The position numbers were made by a program, and so were the translations under genes. The notes beneath the pieces are model-generated. The model was not told the DNA's origin and ran no database searches. It saw only the letters and a list, made by a program, of their open reading frames with translations. A DNA stretch of 64,000 nt from an uncultured Rickettsiaceae bacterium. Its GTDB lineage: Bacteria > Pseudomonadota > Alphaproteobacteria > Rickettsiales > Rickettsiaceae. Positions 30,701-40,087 of this stretch are shown here, piece after piece. The stretch spans positions 396-64,395 of the forward strand of contig CAYPDK010000024.1 in assembly GCA_964409505.1 (NCBI GenBank), given 5' to 3'. How positions within the stretch are numbered: position 1 is the stretch's first letter; every line of letters begins with the position of its first letter.

Positions 30701-31112
30701 CCTCTGTGTATGCAGATAAAAGAATTAATCCTTGGTGGTTATTTTTTAAATCTTCAAATGTAATATGGTTGTACGTGTCTGAGGTGTTTTTTATAAAACA
30801 AAAACTCAATAGCTTTAATAGATTTTGAAAGCCTAATTTATTTTGTGCTATGAGTAAAATTTCACTGAATTGAGATAATTCTGGAAAAAAAATATTCATA
30901 ATACAACCTTGAATAGGCTGTATTTTTGCATTTTTGCATAATATAGCAAATTCTAATGCTCCACATAAATTTTCTCTGTCTGTAAGACAGATACTTTGCA
31001 TCTTATTCTTTTTCGTAAGATTTATTATATCTGAAGGAGTTATAATGCTTTCTAATATAGAAAAAGAGCTTTGTGATCTAAAATGTACAAAATTGTTTGA
31101 ATTTATATCCAT
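27729..31112 (-). CDS. dnaE: DNA polymerase III alpha subunit
   Basis: 1127 aa. N-terminal PHP domain (FVHFRSQSSFSILES), polymerase core GPGRGSGAGSIVAWSL and PDFDIDF, plus HhH and OB-fold regions. Confidence 0.96.
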   Translation of the reverse strand: MDINSNNFVHFRSQSSFSILESIITPSDIINLTKKNKMQSICLTDRENLCGALEFAILCKNAKIQPIQGCIMNIFFPELSQFSEILLIAQNKLGFQNLLKLLSFCFIKNTSDTYNHITFEDLKNNHQGLILLSAYTEGIIGKMLLKKDFRTASEIAQKLKSIFTNRFYFEIMRHNSQEEIQIESQYIELANSLNIALIATNKIKFHDKEKKKIHEILTCISKGEKLSNQSSKENTANYYFKSKKEMVDLFIDLPSAIQNTVYLAQRCYFITEPTNLKFPSFVENSALESEENIIRLIAKKGLEHRLEKHKIPFQKKEAYITRLTYELDVICKMKFAGYFLIVADFVQWSKKNNISVGPGRGSGAGSIVAWSLMITDLDPIKFGLLFERFLNPERISMPDFDIDFCQEKRAEVIQYVSQKYGEDRVGQIITFGKLQAKSVIKDVSRVLGLRYEISEQISELIPFNAVSPVTLKQAVKEVHELSKLYKGEESKINQFKGNEKLIKEVLSASLELEGLNRHFSTHAAGIVISNKPILENIPIYKEPNSKMITVQYSMKYCELAGLIKFDFLGLQTLTLISKCLDQLKKRDIHIDILDIDLNDTKTYKMLSRGFSSAIFQFESIGVKNYLKNLKPDTLNDIIALGALYRPGPMENIKTYIARKHKEEEIDYIHPLIKDILIPTYGIIIYQEQVMEIAQKLANYTIASADLLRRAMGKKIKEEMLNQERQFIQGAEENGITYQKAKSIFDTIAKFAGYGFNKSHASAYGLITYQTAYLKANYTLEFMSSALNLDIHQSFKINHLINDMKNFDIEILPPCINESDQFFKIETIKTDKLKNSIRYALKAIKNMPSELADTIEKERKQNGPFLSIINFLERIDNKLLNKKALENIIKAGSFYKLHKNQRSLQDNLERLIKYSQHYHENKNSAQLNLISVNNDDIFSFGKNTKDFSSSELAYSEFDALGLFITHNPIYKYKHLLEKAKIKHSFSQEEDLQDSNYKLISGIIVKKNTRMSKTGRFITIDISDLKGTKEINIFDEKVLQESIFLIKIKNMVILRVRTANQKLMADKIFSLEEYLTKINFPSEYHVNDKSDLINCIENINSKDPIELSNSDIKVFLKVKNGFTAKIEIK

Positions 31113-31323
31113 TTTATAAAATAATATATTTAGGGTGTTTTTTTATTTTATATCAGATAAATGAATTTTTACAACTTAGTTAAGTAATTTCTCTAATATA
31201 ATGTCTTTTTTGGGGGAATTTTGTATTCTATTATTGATTATATAGATAAATTGTGATCTTATGTGACTCGGCTATTCAATATATATTTATTTGATAAGTA
31301 ATATTAGGGTTTTTATATTAGTT

Positions 31324-31677
31324 ATGAGTGCGAAAAAAATTTATTTTTATCTTTCTGTTTTAGTATTTTTTTTTATTGTTGCTTGGGGAGTAAATTGGTT
31401 TTTGGACAAGAATTATTTTTTTCTTAACAAAAATATTGACAATTTGGAAATAACATTATACACAAAACAGGATTGTGTTTTTTGTAAAAAAGCAGAAACT
31501 TTGCTAAAAAATAAAAATATCAAATTTACTATAATTGATATTACTAATAAACCAGAAATTCATCTAGCTTTGGTTAAAGAAACAAAACAATATACTGTTC
31601 CTGTTGTGTTTGTTAATCATAAATTTTTGGGTGGATATCGAGAATTAAAAGCTTTTTTAAGAAAAGCATCAACCTAA
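31324..31677 (+). CDS. Glutaredoxin-like protein with N-terminal membrane anchor
   Basis: The track ORF starts at TTG 31291; I prefer ATG 31324 (MSAKKIYF...). Hydrophobic helix YFYLSVLVFFFIVAWGVNWFL, then a Grx fold: LYTKQDCVFCKKAETLL (CxxC), TVPVVFVNHKFLGGYREL. Confidence 0.7.
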   Translation: MSAKKIYFYLSVLVFFFIVAWGVNWFLDKNYFFLNKNIDNLEITLYTKQDCVFCKKAETLLKNKNIKFTIIDITNKPEIHLALVKETKQYTVPVVFVNHKFLGGYRELKAFLRKAST

Positions 31678-32022
31678 AAATAAATTTTACAATTTTTAGC
31701 TTATCAAAATCTTTATTTTGTCCTTAAAGTGTTAAAAATTTAATATTTCTGAATCAAATGGCGAGATTTATTAATTCTAAACAGACTCAAAGTAGATTGT
31801 ATTGAGATATATATGTACTAAAGTGATGTAAATTTGATGCAATTTAGATAAAATTGAAAAAAAACTTAGCAAATAACAAATACTTTGAACTCAGCTCTTG
31901 CACTTGAGCTGTATGTTGCTATATTCTAAAGAAAATTTGCTATTGATATAAATCTATAAATAGTTAAGTGTAGGTGTTTGATAGCTTGAATAATTTTTAA
32001 TAATTTTATAAAAGGTATTGTT

Positions 32023-32295
32023 ATGAACAAAGGAGATTTAGTAACTGTAATTGCAGAAAGGGCGGACTGTACTAAAATTGTTGCAGAAAAATTTTTGCAA
32101 TCTGTTATGGATGGTATTGTAGATAGTTTGAGTCAAGGGAAAGAAATCAATTTAATTGGATTTGGAGCATTTTATGTGAAAGAAAGAAAATCTAGAATAG
32201 GTCGTAATCCTAAAACAGGAGAAAAAATGGTCTTGCCAGCTTATAATCAGCCCTCTTTTAGAGCGGGTAAAAAATTGAAAGATGCTTGTAACTAA
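32023..32295 (+). CDS. hup: DNA-binding protein HU
   Basis: 90 aa. MNKGDL...GFGAFYVKERKSRIGRNPKTGEKMVLPA...FRAGKKLKD is canonical HU/IHF fold sequence. Confidence 0.92.
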   Translation: MNKGDLVTVIAERADCTKIVAEKFLQSVMDGIVDSLSQGKEINLIGFGAFYVKERKSRIGRNPKTGEKMVLPAYNQPSFRAGKKLKDACN

Positions 32296-32572
32296 GTTTA
32301 TACCAATATTTACACCAATATAATTTTTGCTCGTCTTTTAAAGACTCAAGGAAAAATAATATTCTCTTAGTCTTTAGAATAATGGGATATCTCTTGCTTG
32401 TAGAATTTTTTTATAAGCTTTAGGTGACTGCTTTGAAGATTTAGTAGTTAGTTATGTAAAGAAATTTATATCAGTGTTTTTTTTGCAAATGTTGTAAATA
32501 AATGTTATAAGTTATTATAAGTTTTTAATTAAAATAGATTATTTTGATTCATAGTACAATTGTCAATTGTGA

Positions 32573-33187
32573 GTGATAGTTATGAGTAATTATATACCAA
32601 TAGTAGTAGAGCAGACGTCTAGAGGCGAAAGAGCTTACGATATTTATTCTAGACTTTTAAAGGAAAGAATAGTTTTTGTGTGTGGAGCCATAGAGGATTA
32701 TATGTCAAATTTGATAGTGGCTCAATTGTTGTTTCTGGAAGCAGAAAACCCTGACAAAAAAATATACATGTACATTAATTCTCCTGGAGGAGTTATTACA
32801 TCGGGTCTTGCGATTTATGATACTATGCAATACATAAAGCCTCAAGTTGCTACTTTATGTATAGGGCAGGCTTGTTCTATGGGGGCTACCCTGCTTTTAG
32901 CGGGTGCAAAAGGGTTGCGTTATGCTTTGCCCAATTCTAGAGTTATGATTCATCAGCCTATAGGAGGTTTTAGAGGACAGGCTACGGATATTGAAATTCA
33001 TGCTAAAGAGACTCTTAAGGTAAAAAAATTGATAAATGATATTTATGCTAAACATACGGAAAAATCTGTCTCTCATATTAGAGAACATACTGATAGAGAC
33101 TTCTTTATGTCTGCACAAGAAGCAAAAGAATTTGGTATTGTTGATGAAATAATAACTGATAGAGAAAAAATAGACACAAATAAATAA
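32573..33187 (+). CDS. clpP: ATP-dependent Clp protease proteolytic subunit
   Basis: Start is either GTG 32573 or, more likely, ATG 32582 ([26 protein letters not shown]). Catalytic Ser context [11 protein letters not shown]; His context MIHQP. Confidence 0.95.
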   Translation: MIVMSNYIPIVVEQTSRGERAYDIYSRLLKERIVFVCGAIEDYMSNLIVAQLLFLEAENPDKKIYMYINSPGGVITSGLAIYDTMQYIKPQVATLCIGQACSMGATLLLAGAKGLRYALPNSRVMIHQPIGGFRGQATDIEIHAKETLKVKKLINDIYAKHTEKSVSHIREHTDRDFFMSAQEAKEFGIVDEIITDREKIDTNK

Positions 33188-33224
33188 AAAATACAAGATT
33201 GATTTTATAATTTGTATCTTTTAC

Positions 33225-33256
33225 TATTAGACAGAAAAATTATTAGACAGAAAAAT
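33225..33256. repeat. Perfect 16-bp tandem duplication (tattagacagaaaaat x2) in the clpP-clpX spacer
   Basis: 33225-33240 equals 33241-33256. Confidence 0.95.
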
Positions 33257-33345
33257 GTGAATGTTAGGTTCTATTTTTCTTGATTTGTATAAAAACTTAG
33301 CTTTACCGCTGTAGTTTGCAACTTTTAATTTAATTAAATAAAATA

Positions 33346-34677
33346 ATGGAAAATAAAAAAAATAATGAAATTTTGCGTTGTTCATTTTGTAACAAAGATC
33401 AGTATGACGTGAAAAATCTCATAGCAGGAGTAAATGTGTTTATTTGTGATGAGTGTGTCTCTATTTGTGTAGATATTATAAAAGATAGACCAAATGTATT
33501 AACACCTAAATCTTTCCTATTAGGTCCAGAAGAGATACATCAAAAGCTAGACCAATACGTTATAGGACAGGAAAATGCTAAGAAAATTTTGTCTGTGGCT
33601 GTTTATAATCATTATAAACGTCTTGAATATCTTGGTAAGAAAAAGGATGATATAGAACTTACAAAATCAAATATTCTTCTTGTGGGCTCAACTGGATCAG
33701 GAAAAACTCTCTTAGCTCAAACATTAGCAAAAATTTTAGACGTCCCGTTTGCCATAGCAGATGCTACTTCACTTACAGAAGCTGGTTATGTTGGAGAGGA
33801 TGTAGAGGTTGTACTTTTAAGATTGCTTCAAGCTGCTGATTTTAATGTAGAAACTGCTCAAAAAGGTATAATTTATATTGACGAAATTGATAAAATTGCG
33901 AAAAAATCAGAAAATGTTTCTATAACTCGCGATGTGTCAGGAGAGGGAGTACAGCAGGCATTGCTTAAAATAATAGAGGGAACAACTGCTTATATCGCTC
34001 CTCAAAGCAAGAGAAAGCACCCACAGCAAGAACTTATACAAATAAATACATCTAATATTCTGTTTATTTGTGGTGGAGCTTTTTTAGGATTACAGGATAT
34101 TATTTCAAAAAGAGTTTCTAGTAGTTCTATTGGCTTTGGAGCAAATATGAAAAGTGTAGATATTGAGGAAAGTGATGTTCAAAATAATGCATTACTTGAA
34201 AAACTTATATTGGCAGATTTAATAAAATTTGGTATGATACCTGAATTTATAGGACGACTACCGGTAATATCAACCCTTAACGCTTTAGATAAGGAATCGC
34301 TAAAAAATATACTTACTTTGCCTAAGAATGCTATATTGAAGCAGTATAAAAAGCTATTTGAGATTAATGGAGCAGAGTTAGTTTTTTCTGATGATGCTGT
34401 AGAAGCTATATCTACTCAGGCTTTAAAGAAAAGAACAGGCGCAAGAGGCTTAAGGTCTATTATTGAGAATGCTTTGCTTGATTTGATGTATTCTTTTAAA
34501 TCTTTGAAAGGTAGAAAAATTGTGATTGATGCTGGTATGATAGATGGTAATTCTAAGCCTGTGATTTCTATGATTTCTAAAGGAGATAATGATGGTGAGG
34601 ATAGTCAAAGTGTTAAACACAAGAAAGACAAAGTCTTTAAGAAGTCTAATAAAAACTTTAACATGATGGCTTTGTAG
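33346..34677 (+). CDS. clpX: ATP-dependent Clp protease ATP-binding subunit ClpX
   Basis: 443 aa. C4 zinc finger CSFCNK...CDEC, Walker A GSTGSGKT, Walker [18 protein letters not shown] sensor motif. Confidence 0.95.
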   Translation: MENKKNNEILRCSFCNKDQYDVKNLIAGVNVFICDECVSICVDIIKDRPNVLTPKSFLLGPEEIHQKLDQYVIGQENAKKILSVAVYNHYKRLEYLGKKKDDIELTKSNILLVGSTGSGKTLLAQTLAKILDVPFAIADATSLTEAGYVGEDVEVVLLRLLQAADFNVETAQKGIIYIDEIDKIAKKSENVSITRDVSGEGVQQALLKIIEGTTAYIAPQSKRKHPQQELIQINTSNILFICGGAFLGLQDIISKRVSSSSIGFGANMKSVDIEESDVQNNALLEKLILADLIKFGMIPEFIGRLPVISTLNALDKESLKNILTLPKNAILKQYKKLFEINGAELVFSDDAVEAISTQALKKRTGARGLRSIIENALLDLMYSFKSLKGRKIVIDAGMIDGNSKPVISMISKGDNDGEDSQSVKHKKDKVFKKSNKNFNMMAL

Positions 34678-34737
34678 AGGATTTTTATGGTTCAATATGT
34701 ATTTAGCCATTATATGTTGGATTATGTTGTATCAAAA

Positions 34738-34763
34738 AAAGTGTTTGTTAAAAGTGTTTGTTA
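34738..34763. repeat. Perfect 13-bp tandem duplication (aaagtgtttgtta x2) downstream of clpX
   Basis: 34738-34750 equals 34751-34763. Confidence 0.95.
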
Positions 34764-35701
34764 AATATAAAATATAAAAAAGCTCTGATAGATTTGAAAT
34801 AATATATCAAATGTATTTTTGCCTAAAACTAAATAACACAAGATAATAAGGACAGAGGGTTCTGTTAGGGGGAGGGGGTTCACAGTTTATAGATTTTGTA
34901 ACAATAAATATACAAAGATCAATTTTTGATTGATATTACAGAGGGGCTCTCCTTTTACTATATTTGTTTTATGAAAATAGATATTCAATTATTGGATGGA
35001 AAGTAGTAGGTTAATGTTTGAATGTGTGTGGTGACTTTTGTGTAGGTTGGGGGCATTTTAGAGTTCTTGTATAATGTGTGTGTGTAGTAAGATCCTAAAT
35101 TCATTGACATGATAGGCTCTTTAATAGAAAGTAAGGTTACACTCAGATTACTAAAGTTTAAGAATCTTGTTTTATATCAAGGGAAGAATAGAATATTATA
35201 TGTAGGTTTGCCTATTCCAATTGATATAGTCAAAATTTTATAGTTCTAAAATTGAGGATAATGATTTTTGGCTGTAGAAATTTTGTAATTATGAAAGAAA
35301 ATAAAAAGGTTATTGCCTTACAGAAGGGATGCTTCTTGCAGAAGACATAAAAGACTGGCAGAAGTAAATTAGAAATTCTGTGCGTGGACGTAGAGCGAAT
35401 TCCTTGTAATCAAGATATGTATTTTAAAGGCTTTTTGAGATTTCTCAAAAGATACTTATATCTCTATAATTGTGTTTCTTTTCTAAGAAAGTTTTAAGGT
35501 ATCTTAATTTTTTTATGCTTTCGATCTCTAAAGGAGAAGAAACTCTTAATTGTTCCTTAATTTTTAAAAAGGAAAAACATGCTAATTTTTTACTATTTAG
35601 GGTACTATAAGGAATATTTTATTTATAAATCATTTTCTTTTTTTTTACATTTTTATTCAGGTAATCATAAATTTTTATAAATAAAAAACTAACAGCAAAA
35701 G

Positions 35702-35785
35702 TTGTGATAATTTTACATCAGTTGTAAACAATTGTGATAAATTATTCATACTTATATGGATAATTGTGATAATAATATATCACAA
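35702..35785 (+). promoter_or_regulatory. Phased TTGTGATAA motif array ending in a perfect palindrome TTGTGATA-N6-TATCACAA; candidate operator or tandem extended -10 promoters
   Basis: TTGTGATAA occurs at 35702-35710, 35732-35740 and 35764-35772 (spacing 30 and 32 nt). An inverted copy TATCACAA lies at 35778-35785. The array sits 67-150 nt upstream of the 35852 ORF. Confidence 0.35.
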
Positions 35786-35851
35786 TGCAATTAGGTATTC
35801 AAACCAAGGGATAATTAATAATAATTTACATAGTTATTTATAGGGTATTAT

Positions 35852-37606
35852 ATGATAGTTATGACAAAAATTTCTGATCACAATTTAATAAAAGAGTTTG
35901 TAGAACAAATTTCGACTAGTAGACGACAAAATAAGAATCATTATTGGGACTTACAGAAGTTAATAGGTAAAATTTATTTTAAGCACTCTGATAAAACAAG
36001 GGTTGGTGAGGCTAAAGAAGAAAGTTTGAAGATTGATCTTCTCAGATCGTTACAACAAATCGATTTAGTTTTCCAATTGCTTACATATATAAATTATAAA
36101 GAGGATACTAGATCAAAAAAACACATATTTCTTGCTAAGCAGTTTCAAAAAAAATTTAAAGAAGAACTCAAGTCATATTTATTTAGTTATAAACCTGTAA
36201 ATCAAAAAGTACTAGAAGAAAGGGAAAAACAGAATGTGATTGAAAAGATTGATTCTTCAAATAGAGGAGCTATAAATTTTATTTATTCACAATTATCAAC
36301 TAGAGTCAATGACTCAGAAAAATTCATAGAATATAGTACAAAAATATCTAATGACTTAACACAAATCTTTGAGTCTTTATTTGATAAAAGTGCAGAGCAA
36401 AATGTACTTGCAGAGCAAAGTGCGTTTGTATCTAAAAATCTCAAGGAGTTAATAATCGATAAGATAAAAGCAGACTCAATGTCTTTAGAAGAGATAGATA
36501 CTGATATTGATCCAGAAATTTTAGATTTAGAATCCTTAAAAGAAAAATTGAAGGAACTGCAAACAAAATATTCAAATACTTTGGTATTTTACTACGATAA
36601 AGAATTAGAAACATATATAACATGTGAAGAACTTTTGCTAAAGGTTGAAAATGTTCAAAAATACTTAGAACAAATAGAAATATCAGATGAAAAAATTATT
36701 CCTAATAAAGTGGTTCGTACTTTCAAAGGTGTTAATAATAAGAATCTTCAAGAATTTAATGTAGAATTTAAGCAAGATAATGAGAGAAGAAAAAAATTGA
36801 AAGAAAATTTTCCTAAACTAATTCAGGATCTATTTGAGGATTCCAAGATTGCAAATCAGATGTTAGAATTTATCAAAGATGCGAAGAGTACAATAACGGA
36901 TTTTTCCTTTTTACCTAAAGAAGAGGACTGGGTTAGTATTTTTGAAAAGGAATTTACTCTGCCGAAACAAGATAATAGTGTTTCTAATGAGGATTTACCT
37001 AAAGAATATACTTATGTAGATGAACTAACTCCTGTTGATAGTAACACTAAGGATATTAAGACTTCGCAGCCTTCTGTTGTAGGTGGGGATAAAATCAGTA
37101 CAGTTAGTGGTGAACCTAAAAGGAGTGAGAGTTCGTCTTTCTTAAATCCAAACGATACTAAACCTAAAACTGAGGAAGGAAATATACCTAATATTAGAGA
37201 TGGGCAGGTTGTTGTTAGAGATAAAGAGGACACTGGTGTTAAAGTTTTTTGGATTGGGGGTAATACTGATAGCTCTAGTCAATTTGAGTTCAGTAGTCAG
37301 TCTTCTTTTGCGGATGAAACAATACTTAATAATGAAGAGAGGAAGGGGGATAGTGATAGTAACACTAATGGTATTGAAACTTTAGGATATGTTAACGTAA
37401 ATGGGTCTAATGTAAGTTGGGGATCTAATATAAGTAGTATATTTCAGCGTGGTATTTTAGTACTTAGTGATGTTCATGAATTTGAGACATCTAAAATACA
37501 TATTGCTGGTGATAGCTCTAGCAAACCCGAATATGATGGGGTGAGTTTGGCGGGTTACGATAAGGAGGGTTTGGAGAGTTTTATTAAATCCCTTTTCGAG
37601 GGATGA
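35852..37606 (+). CDS. Hypothetical 584-aa protein; helical/coiled-coil N-terminal two-thirds, Ser/Thr/Gly/Asp-rich C-terminal third; candidate secreted effector
   Basis: Only long ORF in a 3.2-kb interval between clpX and sucD. No TM segment, signal peptide or catalytic motif recognised. Tail ...IHIAGDSSSKPEYDGVSLAGYDKEGLESFIKSLFEG. Confidence 0.65.
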   Translation: MIVMTKISDHNLIKEFVEQISTSRRQNKNHYWDLQKLIGKIYFKHSDKTRVGEAKEESLKIDLLRSLQQIDLVFQLLTYINYKEDTRSKKHIFLAKQFQKKFKEELKSYLFSYKPVNQKVLEEREKQNVIEKIDSSNRGAINFIYSQLSTRVNDSEKFIEYSTKISNDLTQIFESLFDKSAEQNVLAEQSAFVSKNLKELIIDKIKADSMSLEEIDTDIDPEILDLESLKEKLKELQTKYSNTLVFYYDKELETYITCEELLLKVENVQKYLEQIEISDEKIIPNKVVRTFKGVNNKNLQEFNVEFKQDNERRKKLKENFPKLIQDLFEDSKIANQMLEFIKDAKSTITDFSFLPKEEDWVSIFEKEFTLPKQDNSVSNEDLPKEYTYVDELTPVDSNTKDIKTSQPSVVGGDKISTVSGEPKRSESSSFLNPNDTKPKTEEGNIPNIRDGQVVVRDKEDTGVKVFWIGGNTDSSSQFEFSSQSSFADETILNNEERKGDSDSNTNGIETLGYVNVNGSNVSWGSNISSIFQRGILVLSDVHEFETSKIHIAGDSSSKPEYDGVSLAGYDKEGLESFIKSLFEG

Positions 37607-37759
37607 TAGTTCTAGTTAATTCTAGAAATCTGTTGAGTATAATGGTTAGTAGGAGTTATGGTACAACCATAGAGTAAAAAAATTCATGCATTTATAAAAT
37701 TTATATGATATATTCGAAATATCTTAGGTAGAATTATAGATTAAATAATGATACCGGAA

Positions 37760-37781
37760 CTGACTCTTGTCTGACTCTTGT
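37760..37781. repeat. Perfect 11-bp tandem duplication (ctgactcttgt x2) in the spacer between the 584-aa gene and sucD
   Basis: 37760-37770 equals 37771-37781. Confidence 0.95.
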
Positions 37782-37854
37782 TAGTATCAGTTTTAAACTC
37801 TTATTAAATCTCTAAAATTTCTACTTTATGAGGAATATATTTTTACAACTTGTT

Positions 37855-38727
37855 TTAATTAAGGCATTCATATACCACTTTCCCTATATCTGCAGGAGAA
37901 TCTACTGTAATAACTCCTGCAGATTTGAGCTTCTCTAATTTGTCACTAGCCTTTCCAATTCCTCCATCTACTATGGCTCCAGCATGTCCCATTCTCTTGC
38001 CAGCAGGAGCGCTAATACCAGCTATAAAACCAATAATAGGCTTCTTTTTTCTAGAATTCTTAATAAATTCAGCAGCCTCCTCTTCAGCAGTTCCACCAAT
38101 CTCACCTATCATGACAATAGAATTTGTTTGATTATCATCTAAAAACATCTCTAAGCAGTCAATAAAATTCGTACCGTTGATAGGATCTCCACCTATACCA
38201 ACACAGCTAGATTGTCCGAGTCCTATATTTGTGATTTGATGGACTGCTTCATATGTTAAAGTTCCAGATCTAGATATTATGCCAACGCTCCCTTTATTAT
38301 GTATATAATAGGGCATAATACCTATTTTACACTCACCAGGAGTAATAACTCCTGGGCAATTAGGCCCTATTAGTCTAGAGTTAGAAGCTTTTAATGCATG
38401 TTTTACTCTTATCATATCTAATACGGGAATTCCTTCCGTAATACAAATTATTAATCGTATTTTTGCTTCAATTGCTTCTAAGATAGAATCTGCTGCGAAT
38501 TTTGGAGGTACATATATCACAGACGCATCTGCCTTAGTATAATATACTGCCTCTTCTACAGTATCATATACTGGTAGATTTAAGTGAGTTTGTCCTCCCT
38601 TACCAGGAGTTACTCCTCCAACTAATTTCGTACCAGCCTCAAGAGCTTGTATTGAATGAAAAGTTCCGTGTTTTCCAGTAAAGCCTTGACAAATAACTTT
38701 GGTGTTTTGATTTACTAATATTGACAT
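37855..38727 (-). CDS. sucD: Succinate--CoA ligase subunit alpha
   Basis: 290 aa. [23 protein letters not shown], phosphohistidine loop RMGHAGAI. Confidence 0.95.
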   Translation of the reverse strand: MSILVNQNTKVICQGFTGKHGTFHSIQALEAGTKLVGGVTPGKGGQTHLNLPVYDTVEEAVYYTKADASVIYVPPKFAADSILEAIEAKIRLIICITEGIPVLDMIRVKHALKASNSRLIGPNCPGVITPGECKIGIMPYYIHNKGSVGIISRSGTLTYEAVHQITNIGLGQSSCVGIGGDPINGTNFIDCLEMFLDDNQTNSIVMIGEIGGTAEEEAAEFIKNSRKKKPIIGFIAGISAPAGKRMGHAGAIVDGGIGKASDKLEKLKSAGVITVDSPADIGKVVYECLN

Positions 38728-38755
38728 ATCAAATAATTTTATTTAGATTTTTTTA

Positions 38756-39922
38756 TTATATTTTACTATTATATTCTATAACCTTTTTTGCAGCATCTTC
38801 TAATTTTTCAAAAACTTGTAACTTTAATCCTGAGTCTAATAGCATTTTTTTTCCAAGATCAAAATTAGTTCCAGATAATCTCACAACTAGAGGTATATTT
38901 ATTTTAATTTCGCGAGATGCCTGAATTACTCCTTCAGCTATAACATCGCATTTCATAATTCCTCCAAATATGTTGATTAATACCACCGTAACGGAAGAAT
39001 CAGAAATAATGATTTTTAATGCTTCAGAGACACTTTCTACACTCGCTCCTCCTCCGACATCTAGAAAATTAGCAGGCATAGCACCAAAAAGTTTTATAAT
39101 ATCCATAGTAGCCATAGCAAGCCCCGCTCCGTTTACCATGCACCCAATATTTCCTTCCATTTTAACGTAGCTAAGACCTGATTTTGAAGCTCTTAACTCT
39201 AATTTATCATACTCATTCTCATCTAAAAGAGCTCCGATATTTGGGTGTCTAAAAATAGCATTATCATCAAAATTAGCCTTAGCATCTAAAACTGTGAATT
39301 CATTTTTGTCCGTTAAGCATAAAGGATTAATCTCTATTTGCAGTGCATCATTTTGAACAAAAGCTTCATATAGTGCAAAGATAACTTTTGTAAAAGAATT
39401 AAAATTTTCCTTTGGAATACTCATACCAAGAGCTAGTTTAATACAATGAAAGCTTTTCAGTCCAAGGACAGGATCTACTGAAACTTTTACTATTTTTTTA
39501 GGAAAAAGTTTGGCTACTCTTTCAATATCTACTCCTCCGCTCTCAGAGCCGATGATCATAAGACGAGCCTCAGATCTGTCGACAATGATACTCAAGTAAT
39601 ATTCTTTTCTAATATTAGAACCAGATTCAATATAAATCCTTGTAACAGTTCTTCCGCTTTCTCCAGTCTGAGCAGTAACAAGATTCATACCATACATATT
39701 CTCAGCCAAAGAAATAGCTTCTTCTTTTGAATGAGCCTTTTTTACTCCTCCACCTTTACCCCTTCCACCAGAATGTATTTGAGCTTTTACAATATATATT
39801 TCAGAATCAAAATTTTCGATAATTTTCCTAATATCTTCTTTTTTAGAAATGACCACTCCCTCTGGAGTAGTCAAACCATAGTTTCTTAAAATAGCCTTAG
39901 CTTGATATTCGTGGATATCCAT
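38756..39922 (-). CDS. sucC: Succinate--CoA ligase subunit beta
   Basis: 388 aa. MDIHEYQAKAILRNYG ATP-grasp N-terminus, GGRGKGGGVK, GCMVNGAGLAMATMD. Confidence 0.95.
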   Translation of the reverse strand: MDIHEYQAKAILRNYGLTTPEGVVISKKEDIRKIIENFDSEIYIVKAQIHSGGRGKGGGVKKAHSKEEAISLAENMYGMNLVTAQTGESGRTVTRIYIESGSNIRKEYYLSIIVDRSEARLMIIGSESGGVDIERVAKLFPKKIVKVSVDPVLGLKSFHCIKLALGMSIPKENFNSFTKVIFALYEAFVQNDALQIEINPLCLTDKNEFTVLDAKANFDDNAIFRHPNIGALLDENEYDKLELRASKSGLSYVKMEGNIGCMVNGAGLAMATMDIIKLFGAMPANFLDVGGGASVESVSEALKIIISDSSVTVVLINIFGGIMKCDVIAEGVIQASREIKINIPLVVRLSGTNFDLGKKMLLDSGLKLQVFEKLEDAAKKVIEYNSKI

Positions 39923-40087
39923 ACAAACCTACATTTTGTTATTAATTAAAAATTTTATAGTATTTGTACAAAACACTATAAGGATAAATTGTTCTCATTT
40001 CAAAATAATTTTTTTTCTTGTATAAAGCAAGATAGTTTAAAGTAATATTTTTATATTTTACTACTATCAAATTTTTAATTATAGTGA

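Noticed and set aside
34678-35851. Replication origin hypothesis for the long spacer with repeated TTGTGATAA words
   Set aside because: The repeated word does not fit the DnaA-box consensus TTATCCACA/TGTGGATAA or its relaxed form. No typical origin-flanking genes are adjacent. A regulatory or promoter reading is more economical, and it is left open as a finding.
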